The notes under the pieces are model-generated. The model was given only the letters and a program-made list of their open reading frames with translations, did not search any database and was not told the origin of the DNA. A DNA stretch of 63,572 nucleotides, counting the filler, from Porpidia crustulata (taxonomy: Eukaryota), in NCBI GenBank assembly GCA_964255105.1. It is 9 parts of 9 records of this genome, joined end to end, with 100 filler letters (N's around TTAATTAATTAA, not from the genome) between each part and the next. Parts side by side here need not be neighbours in the genome. Positions count along the whole stretch, not along the records: positions 21,286 to 28,265 come from CAXUWE010001412.1; positions 28,366 to 35,333 come from CAXUWE010001413.1; positions 35,434 to 42,400 come from CAXUWE010001414.1; 6 more parts are not named here. One strand, given 5' to 3'. Both the position numbers and the translations under genes were made by a program. Below are positions 24,043 to 37,053 of this stretch, in pieces. Each line of letters begins with the position of its first letter. Position 1 is the stretch's first letter.

Positions 24043-26533
24043 ATGGCGCGTGAGTTGATTGTTCCGTAGATTGATCATTACCAGCTTCAGCAGCTGATGT
24101 AGCCAGGCCTGCGTCTTCCTCGAATTCGACCTTCGCGGCCCCTCACGCGCGTACTACGATGGATATCCCTCAATCGACCTCCCCGCAACTTCATCAGCCT
24201 GCATTATGCGTACTTTCTATCAATATGTCTACTGGCTAGCATCATATTCTGGGGAAGCTCCACACCTGCACGAAGCATTACTTACACCGACTCGATCTTT
24301 CTCGTTGGTTCGTGGCATACCATCTTTATAGGGACAGACCGCGCTGTTAACGTACTATTAGTCAGTGCGATGACCTTGGCTGGCCTGAACACCATCAACC
24401 TATCTCAAATCAACACCTTCCAGCAATTCCTCCTCTTCCTGCTCACTATGCTAGGCTCTGCAATTTTCGTCTCGATAGCTGTGGTCCATATTAGGAAAAA
24501 GTCATTTGAGCGGAAATTTAAAAACATTGCCGAAAATGAGCGTTCAAAACGTCGAGGTCGGAGTGGCTCAAAACGGCAATTGTCTTTTCATGACGCGGGC
24601 ATAAAGACGGGCTCTGAAGCTGAGTCTAGTGGCCATGCTTTGAGGGAAAGACCGGCCATGTCGATAGAAACTTCGAATCATACCAATGGTGCCAATGGAA
24701 CTACTGTTGGAGACCCGTCTGTGTCTGACAAGGTGGACGGACAACCCCCAGCACGTCCTATAAAACCGAAACACAACACAGAGGATCTCGGTACCGAGAA
24801 AGATGAACAGATCACAGACATGGAGGAAAGGATGGCCCGAAGAATCACCTTTGCGTCTCCAACGTCACCGGTCAGAGCTCGACCTCATAAACGAGTCTTT
24901 TCGATGCAAGGTGTGGGAGCCCGTCAGCATATCTTGAATCATCCAAGTAAAACAAGCCGACCAGAATATCCCTTGTCGCCTTCCGAAACGGCAGAGGTCG
25001 AATTGGGATTTCCTAATGACACAAAAGACCGCTTTGGACTCACGGGATTCATTGGCAGGAATTCGCAATTCAGCAGCCTTACCCTTGCGGAACGAGAGCG
25101 TCTTGGTGGAGTTGAATACCGAGCGGTCACTTTCTTGTCAGTGATCGTTCCCATGTACTTTTTCTTATGGCAAATTTTGGGCTGCTTGGGGCTTGGGGCA
25201 TACGTCGCCAACAATCGAGCAAGCACTGCACGGGATAATGGGTTGAGCCCCTGGTATGTTAGACAACCTTCTTGCTCTTGGGCCGCGAGAGCTGATCTTT
25301 CAGGTGGGTTGGTGCTTTCAATTCAGTTTCTGCCTTTAATAACAATGGTATGATGCTACTCGATGCCAATATGGTAAGACCTTCAGATACGTAGCTTACT
25401 CATGCTGACTATGAGTGACAGGTCGCCTTTCAAACTTCACGTTATATGCTGATTACAATGGGCCTTCTCATTCTAGCGGGTAACACATGGTATGTATACT
25501 ACAATAGGTACGAAGAAACATTTTGACATTCATAGCTACCCTATATTTTTACGGCTTATAATCTGGACTTTGTTTAAATTGATGCCGGACATCGATCGTT
25601 TCCGCGAATACAGAGTGACCCTTCGCTTCTTGCTCGACCATCCTAGAAGGTGCTATACTACCTTGTTCCCTTCCAGTCATACGTGGTGGCTTCTAGCCAT
25701 TCTTATTCTTCTCAACGGCATTGACTGGGTTGCTTTTGAAATCCTTAATGTTAGTCCCATTGGCAGATTTTCACCGACTGCTCAAACTTATAATTGAATA
25801 GATTGGTAATCCGCTGATAACAACATTACCGGCGGGCGTCCGCACTATAGACGGTCTTTTCCAAGCCCTGGCAGTCCGGAGTGGTGGCTTCTACGTTGTT
25901 TCCATTGCCCAACTTCGAATCGGTCTACTGATTCTGTACGTCATCATGATGTACATCTCCGTCTACCCTGTCGCAATTACAATGCGAAACTCGAATGTCT
26001 ACGAGGAAAGAAGTCTAGGCATCTACGCCGATGACCCTGCTGAGAAATCCGAAGAGCCGAAACAAGGAATCTTCGGCGGCCTAAGGCGTAGACTGGCAAG
26101 TCACACCGGGCCGATGGAATCAAGGTCCGACTTCGTACGTCAACAGCTTCGAGGACAGCTCGCTCATGATCTTTGGTGGATCGTACTCGCCGTCCTCTTC
26201 ATCATGATCACCGAGAGCGGCCAGTTTGAGAGCGATCCCGTAGACTACTCCGTCTTTAACGTCATTTTCGAAGTCATTTCTGCATATGGTTGCGTTGGGA
26301 TTTCCGTTGGATTACCGAATGTGGCGTACAGTTTCTGCGGGGGCTGGCATGTCCTGAGTAAGTTGATTCTTTGCGCGGTTATGCTTAGAGGGAGGCACAG
26401 AGGATTGCCAGTTGCGATTGATAGGGCGGTGCTCTTACCTGGGGAGCATCTAGCTGCGGCGGAGGAGGAAGATGCGCAGATAAGGTTGGATAGGTCCATG
26501 ACGAGGACTACGAGCAGGAGTCAAGGTGTTTGA
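24043..26533 (+). CDS. Trk-family potassium transporter (multi-exon)
   Basis: NFISLHYAYF, SAMTLAGLNT, GRNSQFSSLT..ERERLGGVEYRA, SAFNNNG, LLDHPRRCYT, RSGGF, FEVISAYGCVGISVG, MLRGRHRGLP.AIDRAVLLP. Confidence 0.93.
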
Positions 26534-26719
26534 AAAGATACCATGGGACATTTACGTTTTCGGAATTTTTCGTGAAGGCAACGACTAGATAGACCATACG
26601 ACGTGATGACAGCGGTTGCGCATACCAGAGTTTATTAGTGATTGATGCATGAAGCCCCTCCGTCACATCTTCCAAAAACTAGAATACTTCGTTTACAATC
26701 CCATCTCCATTTCCCCAAA

Positions 26720-27268
26720 ATGCCCACCCGAGTCGCCGTCAAAACTGACAAAGCCCCTCCTCCCCTTCCCTTCTTCTCTCAAGGCATCATCTGCAATGGC
26801 ATGGTCTACTGCTCCGGCAGCATCGGCGTGAGCCCGACCACCAAAGCGTTGGTTGAAGGCGGGGTCGGCGAACGCACGGTCAGTCCTACCTGAAGAATTT
26901 TTTCAAACGGAATGCGTGCGACAGTATGACGAAGTCCAAGAGAAAGAACTAATGCCATTTTCCCCCAGACGCAAGCGCTACAGAACCTATCCGCGGTCCT
27001 GGAAGAGGCCGGCTCGTCGTTGAAGAACGTGGTCAAGGTCAACATCTTCCTGTCGGACATGACCAACTTCGCGGCCATGAACCGGGTCTATGATACCTTT
27101 TGGGAGGACCCGAAGCCTGTGAGTGCCTGAAGGTTTCTTCGTGTGTGACTTACATGAGTGAGAAATGGAAAGCTGAGTATGAGTTTGGGGCAGTGCCGGA
27201 CGTGCGTGGCGGTCAAGGAGCTGCCCATGAAGACGGATGTGGAGATTGAGTGCATCGCGCATCTGTAG
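26720..27268 (+). CDS. RidA/YjgF/YER057c/UK114 imine deaminase (2 introns)
   Basis: APPPLPFFSQGI..NGMVYCSG, QALQNLSAVLEEAGSSLKNVVKVNIFL.DM.NFAAMN, P|CRTCVAVKELP..TDVEIECIA. Confidence 0.93.
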
Positions 27269-27803
27269 TGAGCACTTTCTACGAGGGGCGGGTGTTCTGG
27301 TCAGAGGTAATGCTTGAGGGTCAGTCCTGATGGGGAGGTGCCGCAGCCGGCGGTGTCTGTGGCTCGCATTCCTTTCACGGGCGATTTCTGACGCTGTTAT
27401 TTTGCATTCCAGAGGTATGGGACGTGGGATGGCCAAGTTTTGATATTTACGGTTTCTTCACGCAAGAGGTTGATGGGAGAAGGACAGACTTGGCTCGCGA
27501 TCACTTCTTATTATGAGTCCGAAGCTATTTATATTGTTATACCTAAATCGGACGGTTTCTATCACATTTTTCTCTCTCATACGTGTGATGGAGGTGCTAA
27601 AATCATAGATACCGCACATTGTCCGGAAGCGGAGGGAGAGATTGATGGACACAAAGAAAAAGCATTAGATGTATAGGCTTGTACATCTGCTTTCAGCGTC
27701 CCAGCCCTCCACGTTTACATTGACTACATAGACCGGGAAAAAACTGGGTCGGGACATTTCGAATCAAGATCCTTCTCATCACTAGACGAGTCAGTAAGCC
27801 AAT

Positions 27804-28265
27804 ATGTCTCCAAGGTCTACAAGATCATCGACACGAACTCCGAAAAGAACCCGAGAGTCACCGAGTCCTACAGAAGAGAACAATCATCGGAAGCCTAGGG
27901 CCAAGCGTGTAACCGCAATGGCAAAGAGGAAGCAATCTGTGCAGCATGAACAGAAAGACAGTCCGCCCGCGAAACGTGTTCTACAGTCTACTACGCCAGG
28001 CAGGTCATTAAACGGAATTGAATCTCAAAGCTCGCGAACACCTCTCGCAACGACAGAAAAGGCGCTCATCGACGTTGTCCAGGACCATCAGACCGCTCAA
28101 GAATCGAATCCCGAAAACCCCATCGGATTCCTTGCGCCTTCAAAAGACCGCAGCGCACAAGATCCTCGACCACCACTCCCTCTCCTCCTACCCGACTCGA
28201 GAAACCACCCAGCTGCAGCGCGCCTAGCCAAAGAAACCGGCCGAAAAGTCACATCTGCTTCGGTC
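27804..28265 (+). CDS. Hypothetical basic Ser/Thr/Pro-rich protein, 3' truncated
   Basis: ATG-initiated open frame running to the contig end; NLS-like PAKR and AKRK. Confidence 0.45.
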
Positions 28266-28365
28266 NNNNNNNNNNNNNNNNNNNNNNNNNNNNNNNNNNN
28301 NNNNNNNNNTTAATTAATTAANNNNNNNNNNNNNNNNNNNNNNNNNNNNNNNNNNNNNNNNNNNN
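28266..28365. other. Artificial contig linker
   Basis: 44 N + TTAATTAATTAA + 44 N. Confidence 0.98.
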
Positions 28366-29232
28366 GTGAGTGGCTGGCTGGCTACCTTGGGTGGGGGAGT
28401 GTGCGGTCATTTACGGATGTGAGAGGGGGTTTTTGTTTGCTGCGGAGGAATGATGGTTAAGATGGCTCGTTGTGGCATTCTTGTGAGATGGTTGGAGGAG
28501 TTTCTTTTGGCTAGGTATGGTTTTACTTTTTAGTTTCTTTTGGAATTTTCTACGAGGGAAGTTGTGATAGCGTGGTTCGGGTTGGGTTGGGTTGGATTGG
28601 CTTTTGGAGGGTTGGTTCTGGGTGGTTGATAGTGAGGGGGGATGAATGTCGTTGTTCACTGTCAGCTGTCAACGGAGTATGTGAGAGTATGGTTTTGATT
28701 GCAGGATTTTTGTGACGAGATCACAGCTCCTTTTCAGCAGTCAGTGCGACATGCAAGAATATCCTTCCGATTGCAGGATACTTGCGACGAGATCGAAGAT
28801 TTACACGGATTGTGCAGCTCGGGGTGATTGAGTGATCTGATCATGATATCGATGCAAATTGCGAGATCTTTACATCTAAGCATCTTGTTCTGCTAGATAA
28901 ACAATTAGGACCTGCTTTCGTCGTCACCTTTGCTTCAAAGAGCTCATTGCTGGTCGACACAACACTCGAAGATCGGTCAACACTACACTTTCACGACAAT
29001 TCTCAAGTGTTCATGCAACCAATGAGAACAATGAGGTTATCTTAGTGGCGAGCGATCTTATTCAGACAACAGACCGTGTTTTTCGCCAAAGAATCCCAAT
29101 GCGAGACAGTGCGAGCTCGTCTCATTATCTCTCACGTCCTCTGGGTATATAATGCAGCCCCTACATTTCCAGAGCCATGTTCCTTCGAACTTAATCCTTC
29201 TCTCAAAACATCATCCTCGGCTACTTATCAAA

Positions 29233-29817
29233 ATGACAACCACTTCAGCGACTCCTTTTAACTTGGTACTTGATATAGAAACCGCAACACGGATGATTTC
29301 CAACACAGATGAACCCTTTGTCCGGGGTGAGATCTTTCTCGATTCAACCAGAGTTCGGTTCATCCGAAGCTTCAGCGGAATTGCAAGTATTCAAATGATG
29401 CTTTTCCGCGGACTCATAGGGTGTGGCGTAGCAGATCGCCGGCTCGGCGGCGACGGCGCAACTGCGCGAGCTGACCATATGATACACCTCGAACCGAACC
29501 CTACAACTCTCAACACCGATAGCTTTGCGGTCCCGAAGATTTGCATCTCGAGACGATTTCTCGCAGAGATAGAAAAGGTCGAGGATACATCGCTGTTGTA
29601 TTTCTTCGTGGTCATGGGGCCCAATCGAGGAGATCAAGGCCCGCAGGCAAAGCTTGTCGTCAAATATACATGGCGTGATGCCGTCTTGACTATGCTGCAC
29701 GAGGTGAGGCTTGGTCACCACACGTATTTCTGCGGCGCAACGTTGCCATTATATGGTCCACGATACTTCAACCCAAGAATACGCCGACAGGATTGGGAGC
29801 TAGTCCCCGTTGATTAA
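29233..29817 (+). CDS. Hypothetical intronless globular protein (frame may continue past TAA to 29886)
   Basis: AAAATG start with a TATATAA ~85 bp upstream; 194-aa ORF; after TAA the frame reads FVDLGDGTLKGAQGEPILPVLF*. Confidence 0.55.
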   Translation: MTTTSATPFNLVLDIETATRMISNTDEPFVRGEIFLDSTRVRFIRSFSGIASIQMMLFRGLIGCGVADRRLGGDGATARADHMIHLEPNPTTLNTDSFAVPKICISRRFLAEIEKVEDTSLLYFFVVMGPNRGDQGPQAKLVVKYTWRDAVLTMLHEVRLGHHTYFCGATLPLYGPRYFNPRIRRQDWELVPVD

Positions 29818-31222
29818 TTCGTAGATCTCGGAGACGGGACTCTGAAAGGAGCGCAAGGCGAACCAATTCTTCCGGTTCTGTTTTGAGATAGTACTGTGAT
29901 GAGGAAACCTCGATAAATGCAGGTTCTAGGAGTAGTTATATGAGTAGCAGTCATTTACATGAAAAGAAATCGAAAGCCGGATGGCCGCCATGGAAAGCAA
30001 GTCTCTAGAAAAGTTTCCTCACTGATTGATCAAGCGTACTTTCTCTGCAAATCTTCTGCAAATGGCTTCTTTCTTAGACATACACGCCGTTTTGAGCAGT
30101 GGATATCAAAAGTGTTGCTGTGTTTTCCCAAGGAATAGAGCTGTTACAAGTACTGTGACATGATGAGAGGTTTGTAACTATGAGAAACTCATTCGTGAAT
30201 ATCTTATATAGCATGATCGTGACCAGGACAAAACGACTGGGCAGGGATGGCGTGAAGAGCTCCTAGTGTATATTCTGGGACAAATATATGCGTTTTCCCT
30301 AGCGGAATGGTATTGTTGAAACTTTAAACTTTGCTGTCATAATTCCAAGGTATAGAATACTTGACGGCAGAAGCACTTCCAATATCCTAATGCCTGGATG
30401 TTCTTATCACTCGGCAGTCGTAACCTACGTCGGAGAGCTCTATCAAGGACGAAGCCTCGCCATCATATACTGCTGCTTCTTGTCAGATATCTTGGTCTGA
30501 TGGTTTTCACAATCATCATCACAATAACATCGGAGGGAACGAATGGTAGAATTCAAAGTCACCGTATCACGTGCAAAGCCTATTTCCTCGTCTAAACTTA
30601 GCGCAATGACCAGGATAAAGCTAGCTCTGTTAGGCAGCAGTACCCTTCCTAGTCCCTTTCGCCTTATCTATTGTTGATTTCGGAATTTCCAAATCGGGTC
30701 GACCCTGCAATGACGAGTCAACCTCAGTTTTTGAACCCTCTGGCTCTGATTCAAGACGCTGCTGCATTGGGCTGACGCTCTGATCGACAGGTTACCTCCG
30801 TTCATGCATGAAATGTCATGCATACTTATGATGCGTTTGCTACCATGCTTCCAATTATTTTCCGATGCTGCTACCTTGGTCCGGATCTGATGCGTCTTGG
30901 CAGTGAACTGCGTTTTTGCTACGAGTTTCAGTCGATTCCTTGTTGCTCTTTCAAATTCGGCGCCAGGTTTGCGGTGAAGGGTCTTCTTGCGCAGAACCTC
31001 CTTTGTTTCGTGCAGTTGTATCTTTTTGGCCATAGACCGGAATATTCGTATTTTCTATACTACAAATGTATCCTGGTAAAGGAACACCATCCACCTTCGT
31101 GAATAGCTCAGAAACAGAATTATATATCGCCAGATTCATATCTTTCTAATCTGAGGGCATCCTTGTCTAATCCCATAGGTCCTTGTACATCCCCCTTACT
31201 GAGTTCTTGCCTTGTATTATGT

Positions 31223-32308
31223 TCAGACTCCCTTATTCAAATATATTGGCTGCTCGATAATGATGAACGGACCAGCTTTGACGCTTTCTAGTGTCGGTGC
31301 CCCCGGTGCATCGGTCAGTAGAGCGAGAATGATACCTCTGGCTTCGAAATTGGGAACCCTGGATACCTTTGTCTTGGGGTCGTATGGTACAGTGATATTC
31401 CTCAGCCCATGGAAATAGACAATGTAGTATTCTTTTCCCGACGTGAACTTCGGTTGGTTCTTGGGGTTTGGAAATGCCAAAGTGACTGAGGACCCCGGTA
31501 GCAGTGTTGACGAGTTGGTGACATAGCTCATTGTGGAGAGGTTTTGGCTCGGGTATGGGTATGACGGGTTTCCTGGTGGACAAGAACCAGGAATGATAAA
31601 CACCCTCGTGGTATCTAGAATCTCATTGGCGTATGGAAAGGCAGTGTCAACTGGTCCCCCAAAGGGTGACTGCTTCCAAGCATCCATCAAACCCCAAGCA
31701 GTGTGTCGCGCTTCAACCTGGCCGATGGCAAGTAGCGCCTGTTTGGACGAGGCTAACTTGGCCTCGAGGATAAGGCCGGATAGGAATGACATGCTGGATA
31801 TCTCGACGATAGTGTGGGCAGCCATGTAGCCGACAACATCTTTGATACCATAGTTGTATTTGCAAGGCGCAGGCTTGTACGATGTTTCTGATATGGCCTC
31901 CTGGAAAATACGAGCATGTCCAGCTTCGTTATTGCGTATTTCTACAATGCGTGCGTAGGTGTCCGCGGGGAAGCCACCCTCGACGAAGTCGGCAGCGGTG
32001 AAGGTGTCTACCCCAAATTGGTAGAAGAAGAAAATGGCCCACTCTGCACCGAGCAGATTCTGGAAAAGAAGATCGTCTGCGCCAGGAGGGCCGCTCTTGG
32101 TAGGAGGAATGGCAGTTGTGTAGTTCCCAGGGAAAGGAACCGCTGTGCCATTGTAGCTGGTGTAGTAGGGTGACTCGCCAGGGATCGGGCCAAAGTCTGG
32201 GTCATTGAGTTCCGTGGCATTCTTGTTGTTGGGAGAGACAGTGGGTGCAGCATATAGCCCAGGGTTAAGAAGGACAAGAACGAACAAGAGAGCAGATTTG
32301 CAAGACAT
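31223..32308 (-). CDS. Secreted ferritin-like domain protein (Rds1-like stress protein)
   Basis: Signal peptide; QNLLGAEW...FY..G...F...DF...G, EIRNNEAGH, C.YNYG, IGQVEARH diiron-type ExxH motifs; FIIPGSCP. Confidence 0.88.
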   Translation of the reverse strand: MSCKSALLFVLVLLNPGLYAAPTVSPNNKNATELNDPDFGPIPGESPYYTSYNGTAVPFPGNYTTAIPPTKSGPPGADDLLFQNLLGAEWAIFFFYQFGVDTFTAADFVEGGFPADTYARIVEIRNNEAGHARIFQEAISETSYKPAPCKYNYGIKDVVGYMAAHTIVEISSMSFLSGLILEAKLASSKQALLAIGQVEARHTAWGLMDAWKQSPFGGPVDTAFPYANEILDTTRVFIIPGSCPPGNPSYPYPSQNLSTMSYVTNSSTLLPGSSVTLAFPNPKNQPKFTSGKEYYIVYFHGLRNITVPYDPKTKVSRVPNFEARGIILALLTDAPGAPTLESVKAGPFIIIEQPIYLNKGV

Positions 32309-33862
32309 GACTAATTGCAAAGCTTTGAAAAGATTCAGGAGCTGCTTGGATGAGAGATGGGAGTGAGAAATTATAAGGACGGCTATGAATGGCCCAGCAA
32401 TACCACGAGATCCTGATGACGCTCACAGCATCTCCACAACCATCACTGCCCCCTCGGGCTCCACCGTAAGCGACCCTCATGTCAACACACGATCGAGTCT
32501 AGTCAGGAAGTATAGCATATCCCTCCGCTCGGCTTTCCTCATCCAGTCGAAGCTTCACGATAGACAGGAACCAATGAGACTAGCGACAGCGATTTCTTGC
32601 TGCGAATGATCGCCTCAACCAATCCGACTGGTTCGGCAGGACAATGTAACTTCAACTTAGGTTTGGGGGACCGCATAAGGTTGGTGGGATGAAAAGGCGT
32701 TGACAGATCATTCGTGCTGTCTATTTTTCTATTTTTCACTGTCCTGACCCATCCATCGCTATATCCCAGGCAGCATGATAGCCAATAACCCAACCATTGG
32801 GCCAGCCGCAGGTGCTGCATTCAGACGCCCGCGTGGGATAGGCAGCATGGATTGCCGCATGGGAAAAACACAACGTGTGGTGTGTCTTGAAAGTGGACCC
32901 ACTTCGACATTTTGCAGGCGAAAAGGCTGGCTGGGTGTCAAACACTCGTACGGTGCGGATCTTCGACCGAGGTTCGGGTCTTGAAGAGGTTAGAGAGTAA
33001 AAGTACCGTGGAGTTGGGTACAACGTATTTTCACGAACACTCAGGACCATTGTCAGAGACAATCCCAAGACCGTACAGATCCATCAAAACCCAAATTTCA
33101 TGTCTTAAATCCTGGGAGAGAATATTGATATTGTTAGTTCATTTTGTTAGATGCCACTAATAGAGTCATCGACAGTTCGAGACCTCGGAGAAAGATTGGG
33201 TACGGGCCGAGAGACCTCGGTCGCCAGGCTAAGTCAGTAGCCAAGCCACAGTCCCAATGTGTCTTAGCCTTAACAGGGTTCCTTATCTGACTTTTCACCG
33301 CTCGTGTTCCAGTTCATGCACGAGAAACGCACCGATGAGCGAAACAAGAGGCAGATAGGCAGAGTTTAAACATTCAACGATATCCCGACTACATCTATTT
33401 CGGTAAGCGTGTGTAACATTGGTAGTGGAAGATGAATGGCACGCTTAATCGGGAAGTTCAACCGCCCATTACTCCCGGCTGCATCTCAAATAGGGAACAA
33501 TGGATGGTGGAACAGCTCGCATCAGATTACAAGAACCTCAGCCACAACGAATAGACTGATAACAGACACTCACTTGGCTATGATACGGTGCAGTGCAGCC
33601 GTGGCTTGGGCATGATGATGGCATGGCGTTCTGTGAAAGTTCGGCTTTCCATGAAACTTCACTCGGGGTAACCACTTTGGGAACTCCTGGCGCGTTGGTG
33701 CCAAACCCTCTTTCATATTCCCCCCCCGCCGGCGAGGTCAGAGATCCCATCCATACATTTATGCTGCTGTGCTTACTCTTCCTCCCAGACAACTCTCCTC
33801 CCGCTTCAATCGAGTTACTCCAATCACTTCCTTGACTGTCGTGAGGTATTCCTTATCCAACG

Positions 33863-35333
33863 ATGAAGCTCCTCTCGCCGCTCACGTTCCTACTTGGCAC
33901 GGTCGCCGTCATTGCCTACAAGCTGGTCCAAATCCGCATTGCCAAGAGACGATACAATGTTGAGGCCGCTCGCCGAGACTGTGCTCCAGTGCCCATGCTA
34001 CCAAAGAAGGACATGCTGGGCATGGGTAGATTCTTTGAAAGTCTCAAGGCCACCAAGGAAGAGCGTGGACCTATATACGTGATGAATACAATGGATGCAA
34101 TGAGCAAGGATATCCATACTGTTCAGGTCCGGGTCTTGGATTACGATTTGCTGGTCACCCGTGATCCAGAGAATGTCAAAGCCGTGTTTGGCACGCAAGC
34201 TTCGGAATTTGATATCGGCCTGCACAGAACCCAGAGCTGGAAACCACTGCTTGGTGTGGGGCTGTTTACTTCTTTTGGAGAACAATGGAAACACTCGCGA
34301 GCACTGGTACGCCCACAATTCTCACGAGAACAAGTCTCCGACCTCGACCTCGCAGAAAAACACACCAAAGAGCTCTCCAACCGACTACAACCAACTCAAA
34401 ACGGCTGGACCGACAAGGTAGACCTCCAACCATATCTCTACAACTTCGCACTTGACACCGTCACCGAGTTCATCTATGGGCACTCCGTCTACACCCAGAA
34501 TCCCTCGGCCCGTTCCCAGCTTCCCATCCTTAAAGGCATCGACAGTCCCGACCGTGCCGGCTTGGGTCCTCATCTCGACGCCGGCAAATACTGGATTGAA
34601 ACGCGTGGCGCCTTCTACAAATGGTACTGGCTTATGACCTCCAAGGCCTTTGACGAGCACTGTGCCCAGGTGCACAAATTCGTCGACTGGTTTGTGCAAG
34701 TGCGTCTTCGCCGTGGTCCTCAGCCGACAGAAGCCAATACCAAGAAGAAATTCATCCTGCTCGACGAACTTGCTAAGGAAACGCAAAACCCGCTCGAGCT
34801 GCGTAACGAAACCCTCTCGATTATGTTCGCTGGCCGCGATACCACCGGTGCACTCCTAGGATGGGTCTTTTACTTCCTAGCGCGCCACCCGGCCGTCTAC
34901 GCCAAACTCCGCGCCACCATCCTCGCCCAATTCGGCACCGACCCCGACTCCACCACCGACATCTCCTTTGCCAAACTCCGCGTCTGCCACTACCTAAACT
35001 ACTGCATCAACGAAAGCTTTCGTGTGGCCGCCGTGATCCCACTGAACGAGCGCGTCGCGGCGCAGGATACCACGTTACCCAGAGGAGGCGGGCCGGATGG
35101 CAAACAACCAATTTTCGTGCCCAAGGGCCGGCAGGTGCTGATTGCGACGTATGCAATGCAGCACCGGGCGGATATCTGGGGGGACGATGTGGAGGATTTC
35201 CGGCCGGAGAGGTGGGAGGGAAGGAAGGTGGGGTGGGAATTCATTCCGTTCGGAGCGGGGCCACGGATGTGTCTCGGCCGTGAGTATTCCCTCTTGTCGC
35301 ACCACATGAGCGTAGGAAAGTCCACGGGTAGCT
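33863..35333 (+). CDS. Cytochrome P450, CYP52 clan (alkane/fatty-acid hydroxylase-like), 3' truncated within an intron starting at ~35280
   Basis: TRDPENVKA, PLLG.GLFT..GEQWKHSRALVRPQFSREQVSDL, AGRDTT, ESFR, TTLPRGGGPDG, FRPERW, FGAGPRMCLG heme motif. Confidence 0.95.
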
Positions 35334-35433
35334 NNNNNNNNNNNNNNNNNNNNNNNNNNNNNNNNNNNNNNNNNNNNTTAATTAATTAANNNNNNNNNNN
35401 NNNNNNNNNNNNNNNNNNNNNNNNNNNNNNNNN
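35334..35433. other. Artificial contig linker
   Basis: 44 N + TTAATTAATTAA + 44 N. Confidence 0.98.
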
Positions 35434-35825
35434 GGGGACGGGTGGTATGGAGCGGGTGCTTGGTGAGGGAGGGGTTTGTGAGGGTTAGAGGTGAGAAGGT
35501 TTGATGATCTGCGTGAGGGAGGGTTTTGGGTGGCCGGAAAAGAAGCCGACTACGGAGGCCGATCAGGTGGTGGTGGTGCATAGCCACATAGCTTTGCAAT
35601 CATCAAATATTTCATCCTTCATGGCAACTCTATCACTAGCGATACCTCGGGAGACGTGAGACTTCTTAAATCAGCTAGCGATCACGTAAGTTTTATACAC
35701 GGCACGAAAATCTCGGTACACGCCTCAAGCACAGAGCTGGCAAGAGATTCAATCGTTATTGCCGAATACTACATTGGAGGATACGCCAGCGAGCTTCGAG
35801 TCGCCCAGGTCAAGCTGTTCACGAT

Positions 35826-36434
35826 ATGGCGCAAAATCAGATATCAGCGAAGAAGCAACAAGGTTAATCGCCTGCTGCATACTTTATTTATTGAGTGCGT
35901 GTCCTGACATCAAGCCCAGAACTACAGAATCAATATACAAACTACAAAAACAATCTCCAGCAACTTGCCCAACGGATCGGTGAGGTCGAGCAGGAAACCG
36001 AAGAACACAAGTACGTCCCTTCGGACCCACTCACACCTCGAAAGATACCGACCTCAGGATATCCCGGCAATTCCGAGTTCACACCGCCGTGTTGACGAAT
36101 GCTGACCGCCCTTATTAATTTGCGCAGGCTTGTGCTAGAAACCCTGAACCCGCTGCCTGGAGATCGGAAGTGTTTCCGCATGATCAATGGCGTTCTCGTC
36201 GAAAGGACGGTGAAGGATGTCAAGCCTGCGCTCGAGACCAATTCCGAAGGGCTGAAGAAGGTGTTGGAGGAGTTGGTGAAGCAGTATAAGCGGCAGCAGG
36301 AGGACATGGAGAAGTGGAAGGTCAGTCTTGCAATCAGCTTTCGCTTGGTTTTATTGAAGATGCTTGTGTCCGAATAATTACTAACTGTGCTCGATATCTA
36401 GAAGAAACATAATATACAGGTCGTGCAACAGTAG
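35826..36434 (+). CDS. GIM4: Prefoldin subunit 2 (3 introns)
   Basis: KKQQ|ELQNQYTNYKNNLQQLAQRIGEVEQETEEH|KLVLETLNPLPGDRKCFRMINGVLVERTVKDVKPAL...MEKWK|KKHNIQVVQQ. Confidence 0.93.
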
Positions 36435-37053
36435 CTTTGCGCCTCACGCCTGAAAATAATCCATATACTATGTCGGGTACCGAGGATTAAAGTACGTGGT
36501 CTCGATCTTACACTGACTGATCGCGAAGAGCACGTTTGGGCTACATCCTCGATACGCACCATGGTTAGACCATTTGCGAGATCTTTAATTGCCTCCACTA
36601 AATCACTTAATCTCCGCCGGACCGTCGTCATTTTGCATTTGGCTGACTGCGACCTTACCCGATAGCTCTCGTCAGGATACGGCCGAGGAACGTCCATCCG
36701 TAGATAACGGAACAATGCTGGTCGCTGTTGAACGCCACAGAATGCCTATATGGGCGACGGAACGGGCATTCGACAGCTTTTGGATAAGCCTTAGTCATAC
36801 ATGCCTGAATAAGGCTGCGAAATGTGTGGCTGCACTGAGCTGGCAAGCTTTGGCTAGGCTTCAGGGCATGTGCTTTCACATGCAGCTATGGCTCGACGCC
36901 TAATGCGTCCGCCATGCAGGGTTTCTGTCCATCAGAGTGGGCAGGCCGTTCATAGGACCACAATGTTGCGACGTCCAAGTAAGGTACGGTTGGAGGAGAA
37001 AATTTGAGTGGACATTACAACTTCAAGTAGGCCGATGAGGCTGCTCCACATCA

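Noticed and set aside
33894..35325. Many alternative-frame and antisense ORFs over the P450, NOP56 and OTU1 genes
   Set aside because: Shadow ORFs caused by GC3-rich codon usage in the real genes.
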